Shown here piece after piece: positions 27,307 through 32,000 of a stretch of 32,000 nt of DNA; positions within the stretch are counted from its first letter, which is position 1, and every line of letters begins with the position of its first letter. The notes beneath the pieces are model-generated. The model saw only the letters and a list, made by a program, of their open reading frames with translations, was not told the DNA's origin and did not search any database. A program made the translations under genes and the position numbers. Source of the stretch: Okeania sp. (GTDB lineage: Bacteria; Cyanobacteriota; Cyanobacteriia; Cyanobacteriales; Microcoleaceae); NCBI RefSeq assembly GCF_035285525.1, contig NZ_JAYKGW010000042.1, positions 31,669 through 63,668 on the forward strand, read 5' to 3'.

Positions 27307-27501
27307 AAAAAGGGGGGGCGGGTTTTTTTCAGTTGATGAACTTTTCTTAAATCCCTGGTGAAACCCGCTGAGGGGGCGGGTTTTTTTCAGTTGATGAACC
27401 TTTCTTAAATCCCTGGTGAAACCCGCCCCTACATTCCCTGGTGAAACCCGCCCCTACAGTCCCTGGGGAAACCCGCCCCTACATTCCCTGGGGAAACCCG
27501 C
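27307..27501 (+). repeat. GC-rich composite tandem array (2 x 58 bp, then 3.6 x 25 bp) sharing the core CCCTGG(T/G)GAAACCCGC
   Basis: The core lies at 27353, 27411, 27436, 27461 and 27486. gggggcgggttttttt lies at 27314 and 27372. The units abut with no spacers. Confidence 0.9.
27361..27387 (+). terminator. terminator-shaped hairpin inside the GC-rich array
   Basis: aaacccgc-tgagggg-gcgggttt is followed by TTTT. No convincing plus-strand gene lies upstream, so its function is doubtful. Confidence 0.4.
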
Positions 27502-27562
27502 TTAGTTATTTCAGGGCGATCACTACTTTTGGGAATCAAAGATAACTGATAACTGATAACTG

Positions 27563-27604
27563 AAAAGCAATCAGCGATTTTAATACTTTTCGCTGATTGC
27601 TTTT
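27563..27604 (-). terminator. strong hairpin, candidate terminator for the peptidoglycan-binding gene
   Basis: aaaagcaatcagcga / tcgctgattgctttt form a perfect 15-bp stem with a 12-nt loop and flanking A/T runs. It lies 225 bp downstream of the stop at 27829. Confidence 0.6.
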
Positions 27605-27828
27605 CATGCCATTCTTATGTAAAGCTGCACAGAATTATTAACTTTTTAATTTATCTATAATTTTATCTGCAGTTATTTATAATAATCATTTATTCTATGC
27701 AACTTCATATTCAATTGGTATTATTAAAGTTGACATATTTTGACTGGAATTATGGTCTGAAAATATCAAAAAATCAACTTCAGTATTTTTCTAATTTAAG
27801 CCGGAAATGCTAATAACTGAAATGACTT

Positions 27829-28779
27829 TTAATTGTTACTAAAAGCTTCCCAGGTTTTTTCGTTAACTATTCCATCAATCTCTATTCCTTGAGATTTTTG
27901 AAATTCTTTGACTGCTGCTACAGTTTTCATGCCAAATATTCCGTCGATTGGTCCTGGATTAAAACCCATTGTTTCCAGACGAAGTTGTAAAGTTTTGACT
28001 TTAGACCCCCTGTCACCTTTAGCTAATATCTTGTCTGTTTCGACTACTTGGTTTTGCTTGGGAGTCGTTGCTTTTGCTATTTCAGGAGATGGTTGAGAAA
28101 CTATCGGTGGTGTTTCTCTTTGTATAGGTAAAGCAGGAGCTATCGGTAATTCTTCTTTAAAAGGTGGGGGAGAAACTATCGGTGATTTTTCTTGAATAGG
28201 TGAACGAGAAACTATTGATGGCGTTTCTCTTTCCAGAGGTGAACGAGAGACCAATGAAGGTTTAGCTAGAGATGTCCAAGTAATTTCATCAACTATACCT
28301 GTGACAGTCAAACCCGCAGACTCTTGAAAATCTTTTACTGTTTTTGTTGTCCGGGCACCAAATACACTATCTATAGTACCTGGATCAAAACCTCTTGCTT
28401 GCAAACGTCTTTGTACTGCCCAGACTTCAGCACCTCGATCGCCTTCTGATATATTCTTTTGGTTTGTTTGTTTTTGAGGAACTCCAGAATAGAAAGGTTT
28501 AGAGAATAATTTAGTTTGAGTAGGTTGCTCAGAAAATCTAGAATTTCCAGGAATTAAAGGTATTAGAAAATTTTGATTTTTGGGTTTTTCTGAGAACTTA
28601 GTTTTGATTCTGTCTGTTTCACTTAAGGTAAAATTTTTAGATTTTAATTGACTAATTAAGTTTTCTTCTTCTTCTTTAGTTAAAGACTCTGTTTTATTAG
28701 AAGCGATCGCTCTGTCGAAGTTTAAGTTAAACAGGGCAGCTACACTTAATAGAGTCGTAATAGTAGGAACACGCATCAT
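27829..28779 (-). CDS. secreted peptidoglycan-binding (PG_binding_1 x2) protein
   Basis: 316 aa with a signal-peptide-like N-terminus. Two copies of GDRG..V...Q.RL...GF.PG.ID..FG..T...VK.FQ are separated by Pro/Ser-rich short repeats (PIVSRSP). Confidence 0.85.
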   Translation of the reverse strand: MMRVPTITTLLSVAALFNLNFDRAIASNKTESLTKEEEENLISQLKSKNFTLSETDRIKTKFSEKPKNQNFLIPLIPGNSRFSEQPTQTKLFSKPFYSGVPQKQTNQKNISEGDRGAEVWAVQRRLQARGFDPGTIDSVFGARTTKTVKDFQESAGLTVTGIVDEITWTSLAKPSLVSRSPLERETPSIVSRSPIQEKSPIVSPPPFKEELPIAPALPIQRETPPIVSQPSPEIAKATTPKQNQVVETDKILAKGDRGSKVKTLQLRLETMGFNPGPIDGIFGMKTVAAVKEFQKSQGIEIDGIVNEKTWEAFSNN

Positions 28780-28809
28780 AATAATTTGGTTGTGATGGTT
28801 AATGTTTTT

Positions 28810-29006
28810 GTAAGCAGTCAGCTATCAGCTATCAGCTATCAGCTTTTTAGTTAACAACTAGAGCTACTCGTTTTACTGCTTCAAGTATCTGTTTGAAAAT
28901 TTAGTAGCAGTTAAACAAATTATTGCTTCATTAATGAAAAAGCTATTAATGAAGTTCCTCCAAAGGAAGCTACCTGACTGCTAATAGCTGATGACTGAAT
29001 GCTTAC
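28810..29006. mobile_element. MITE-B-like element
   Basis: Left end gtaagcagtcagctatcagc; the right end gctgatgactgaatgcttac is its reverse complement at about 17/20. (TCAGCTA) x3.8 lies at 28818-28844. Confidence 0.65.
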
Positions 29007-29370
29007 TTTTACAATTCAGACTTTAGTTACAATTAGTTAAGACAAAAAAACACTACAGTTACATTGTTCATATTATCATCTTCTATAAATTTTCCAATAA
29101 CATAAGAAGTTTTTTTGTACATTATTGCTAATTACTTCCAGTTAATCTAATTATCCGGAATGTGTCATTACAGCCTTACTTGTTGTTACCCCCTGGGTAT
29201 GTCATACCAATTTCTAATTTGTAAGCATTTCCTGCGGAATGCGCTCCCATTGAGCTATTAGCATTCAACTTTTAGATATTGTCAGGAATTAAGTAAGACT
29301 TGCTGATTAAATCTAAAAGTATTCATAGATAAATATTTCACTATTTTTAGGGTCTGATTTCTCCGGAACC

Positions 29371-29500
29371 GTCATTTCAGTTATCAGTTATCAGTTATCA
29401 GTAGAGAGTGAATCTCCGGCTTTAGTCGGAGGCTTGAAATACTGAATTAAGTGTTTTTTAATCTCCGAACAAAAGGAAGCTTTATACCTAATTTTTTAGT
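29371..29500 (-). repeat. two-hairpin element, type 1, copy D
   Basis: The reverse complement reads taaaaaattaggtataaagcttccttttgttcggagattaaaaaacacttaattcagtatttcaagcctccgactaaagccggagattcactctctactgataactgataactgataactgaaatgac. Confidence 0.8.
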
Positions 29501-29624
29501 AAAAATGCAACTTTTTAAACCGATAAAATTGAAAAAGTTAGCATCTTACATTAACTAAAACAGAAAAATTAAGCAACTATTTTTTCAACTATTTCCTTTG
29601 CAACACCCCGTTCATGCTTATTCT

Positions 29625-29666
29625 GTAAGGACGTTGCAGTAAGGACGTTGCATGCAACGTCCCTAC
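29625..29666. repeat. perfect 20-bp palindrome GGACGTTGCATGCAACGTCC with a tandemly duplicated left half-site
   Basis: gtaaggacgttgca occurs twice (29625, 29639), followed by tgcaacgtccctac. A related, shorter copy gttgcatgacgtctctac lies at 19013-19030. Confidence 0.85.
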
Positions 29667-29801
29667 CAAGTGCAAAAAGCTTCTTCAGCAAACCCTAATT
29701 AACTCAAAGATTAGAAATCCTAATAGCTGAATGCGAGTGCATGACCCAGGAAATACTTACATTTAATTTATAACTTTATCTGTTTTGAACGAACTTTTTA
29801 T

Positions 29802-31340
29802 TCAAGCAATAATTGCAAAATTAAGATTATATATATTGCTATATTTATCTTGAATGTAACTAATAAAAGGCTCAATACTTAAAGATTTACCTGTCACTTG
29901 ATTTATTAATTCATTAGCAGTATACTTACGACCATGTTGATAAATATTTTGTTTTAACAATTGACGTAGAAGAGTAAAATTACCTCGTTCAATACCAAAA
30001 GTAACTTCCGGATCAAATTTAACTATTGCTTCATAAATTTGAGCTGCGATTAAATTCCCTAAAGCATAACCTTGAAACATTCCGCCAATCATTTCGCCAT
30101 ACCAATGTACATCTTGCATTACCCCTTCACTATCATTAGCAGGAACAATTCCTAAATCTTTTTTATAACTTTCATTCCAAGCTTCAGGCAAATCTTTAAC
30201 ACTTAATTTACCCTCCAACATAGCTAACTCTAAATTAAATCTAATCATTACATGAAGATTGTATGTCACCTCATCAGCATCAGTACGAATAGGTGACTTT
30301 ACCACCTTATTAATAGCTTGATGAAACTCGGAAATAGAAACACGACTGAGTTGGGGAAGGAAAATACCCTGAAGTTGGGGATAAAAATATTCCCAAAATC
30401 CACGACTACGACCTACAATATTTTCCCATAATCTAGATTGGCTTTCATGGATACTACTACAAGTTCCTTTCGCCAGAGGAGTACCCTCTAACTCCGGAGA
30501 TATCCCCTGTTCATAAAGAGCATGACCTACCTCATGGATACTACTAAACAAAGCCTCACTAAAATTATTTTCATACACCCGGGTGGTCATACGCACATCC
30601 CCAATAGAAAAGCTAGAGGTAAAAGGGTGGGGCGTTTCATCTTGTCGTCCCCGTTGAAAGTCAAAACCAATACGTTCAATGACAGAACGTCCAAACTTGA
30701 GCTGTTTTTCTTTGGGATAATGTTGATACAGACAAGAGTCGTCTATGGGTGGAGCAGAGGCGATCACTTCCGCAATGGGTAATAATTTTTGGCGCAGTTC
30801 CTTGAATAGAGGCCGAAGGATGGAGACTGTCATGCCTTCGTCTACAAAGTCGATGAGGGGATCGGCGATGTGTTTGTAGGGGAAAAAGCTGGCTAGTTCT
30901 TGACTTAACTCTAATGTTTTTTCTAAGTATGGTTGGACTAGGGAGAAGTTTTTGAGTGATTTGGCCTTAACCCAAGCTTCATAACATACGGTTTGATGTT
31001 GAGAAAGTTTTGCCATAAATTCTGATGGGACTCGGACAGCACGCTCGTAGTCTCGGCGAGTAACGCGAATTAAGCTGGCTTCGGTAGAGTAGTAGGGGAG
31101 GCTTTTTTCATAAGCTCGGAGCTCTTCGAGCAGTTGGTATATATTTGGATCGGTAAATTTTTCATGGGCAAATTTTCTCAGAGTGGCTATTTGTCTGCCT
31201 CTGGCAAAGGTTCCTCCGGTGGGCATATAGGTGGTTTGGTCCCAGTTTAGGACGCTGATGGCTACTTCTAGGTCTTGTATTTGAGTAAGACGATTTTTGA
31301 GTTCTAGGTATTTTGGTTCACAAAGGCTGATGGTTGACAT
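29802..31340 (-). CDS. M32 family metallocarboxypeptidase (Taq-type)
   Basis: 512 aa with the full M32 motif set: HPF, DVRMTTR, HEVGHALYE (HExxH), IHESQSRLWEN, IRTDADEVTYNLH and GVMQDVHW. Confidence 0.95.
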   Translation of the reverse strand: MSTISLCEPKYLELKNRLTQIQDLEVAISVLNWDQTTYMPTGGTFARGRQIATLRKFAHEKFTDPNIYQLLEELRAYEKSLPYYSTEASLIRVTRRDYERAVRVPSEFMAKLSQHQTVCYEAWVKAKSLKNFSLVQPYLEKTLELSQELASFFPYKHIADPLIDFVDEGMTVSILRPLFKELRQKLLPIAEVIASAPPIDDSCLYQHYPKEKQLKFGRSVIERIGFDFQRGRQDETPHPFTSSFSIGDVRMTTRVYENNFSEALFSSIHEVGHALYEQGISPELEGTPLAKGTCSSIHESQSRLWENIVGRSRGFWEYFYPQLQGIFLPQLSRVSISEFHQAINKVVKSPIRTDADEVTYNLHVMIRFNLELAMLEGKLSVKDLPEAWNESYKKDLGIVPANDSEGVMQDVHWYGEMIGGMFQGYALGNLIAAQIYEAIVKFDPEVTFGIERGNFTLLRQLLKQNIYQHGRKYTANELINQVTGKSLSIEPFISYIQDKYSNIYNLNFAIIA

Positions 31341-31523
31341 AATGACAAAAAAATGTTATGTGATTAGGCTTTGGTTTAATGTTTTGCCTGTTAGGTGGGG
31401 TGGAATACATGATGTTTATAGTAGAGCGCATCTTGCCTAATTTTATTACTTAAGTATAGTCAAGTTTAGGCTTTTGGTAACATATTTATCAGGATTTACG
31501 CAGGGACTCTAGATATAGTGCTT

Positions 31524-31545
31524 AAAACTATTGTACAATAGTTTT
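31524..31545. promoter_or_regulatory. perfect 22-bp palindrome AAAACTATTGTACAATAGTTTT, candidate operator upstream of the M32 carboxypeptidase gene
   Basis: Direct reading. It is flanked by the direct repeats ctctagatatagtgc (31507) and ctctatatatagtgc (31550), and by the outer inverted pair aggatttac (31491) / gtaagtcct (31571). Confidence 0.35.
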
Positions 31546-31746
31546 TCAACTCTATATATAGTGCATTGGGGTAAGTCCTGTTTATGATGAAAGACAAAAC
31601 TCAACAGGCAAAGGTGGGAAAAATATGATAAGACCTTTTTAGCATAGACATCTGGTCTGTGATATCTCAGAAGGGAATAGGGAATTTTAAAATTAGAGAT
31701 GTTTTATGAAACGTTCCTACTTTGATATGTTAATTAATTATACTTC

Positions 31747-32000
31747 CTCATTTCTACAAAGAATTAAGTTGAGAATATTTGGTTCATTGGAAGTTAAAAG
31801 ATAGCGCTCGCTATAAATTTTTCTCGCATTTCTACTCAACTATAAAAGTGAAAAACAATAAGGGGAAATTAGAGATATTTTCTACCAATGGGTAAAGTAT
31901 TTGAGGAGGAATAAGGAGAATTTTCAGAGTGGCAAAGTATTCCCAGATTTTGCCGAGATTTTTAAGTTCATATTTTCTCATTTCTACAAAGAATTAAGTT
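31747..32000 (+). repeat. 24-nt exact direct repeat ctcatttctacaaagaattaagtt, period 230 bp, second copy truncated by the window edge
   Basis: Copies lie at 31747-31770 and 31977-32000. A looser shared block aattagagat.tttt lies at about 31690 and 31868. Confidence 0.7.

Noticed and set aside
27307-27501. Possible CRISPR array (regularly repeated GC-rich 25-58-bp units)
   Set aside because: The units abut directly with no unique spacers, the unit length changes from 58 to 25 bp, and no cas genes are in the window. It is a tandem repeat, not a CRISPR.
708-30782. Other short ORFs overlapping accepted genes on the opposite strand: 708-938, 935-1129, 8335-8562, 8703-8924, 8854-9048, 12690-12959, 13005-13409, 17778-17975, 18184-18570, 25573-25764, 27908-28096, 30522-30782
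   Set aside because: All lie antisense to longer ORFs with clear family motifs. They are typical shadow ORFs.
31747-32000. CRISPR-like repeat-spacer unit at the window end
   Set aside because: Only two copies are visible, the interval between them is about 206 bp (far longer than spacers), and the intervals share additional similarity.
1-32000. Defence island, prophage or integrative element
   Set aside because: No integrase, transposase, RT, cas, restriction, toxin-antitoxin or phage structural ORFs are present. The tRNA-Leu has no adjacent integrase or direct repeat of its 3' end that I could find. The accessory-looking content consists entirely of non-coding repeats.

Overview
This is an AT-rich, repeat-saturated cyanobacterial chromosome segment. 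It has 7 perfect HIP1 octamers (GCGATCGC) and many heptamer STRR-type tandem repeats, and only about 63% of the window lies in CDSs I accept. That combination fits a Trichodesmium-like filamentous cyanobacterium, but the assignment is inference. The genes are mostly housekeeping. On the minus strand sits the conserved rimP-nusA-ylxR-infB cluster. Also present are an ACT-domain malic enzyme, argS, a CheY-like receiver, glutaminase, an SDR oxidoreductase, tRNA-Leu(UAG), a peptidoglycan-binding protein, an M32 carboxypeptidase, a DUF445 protein and a few small or hypothetical ORFs. I see no multi-gene defence, mobile or biosynthetic system: there are no cas, RT, integrase, transposase or toxin-like ORFs. 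Two things are most worth a second look. (1) A 1203-aa single-ORF fusion joins an apparently intact ammonium-transporter domain, three PAS modules and a class III adenylate cyclase. It is a candidate ammonium-to-cAMP transceptor and lies 2 kb from a glutaminase. (2) The non-coding third of the window is a nested mosaic of at least five short element families. These are a two-hairpin element in 7 copies, two or three MITE types, a 15-nt insertable unit with a filled-versus-empty site pair, 15-bp palindromes and GC-rich tandem arrays. They have been inserted into the spacers of an essential operon and sit exactly against start and stop codons. All family names come from motif recognition in the translations. 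No database search was possible.
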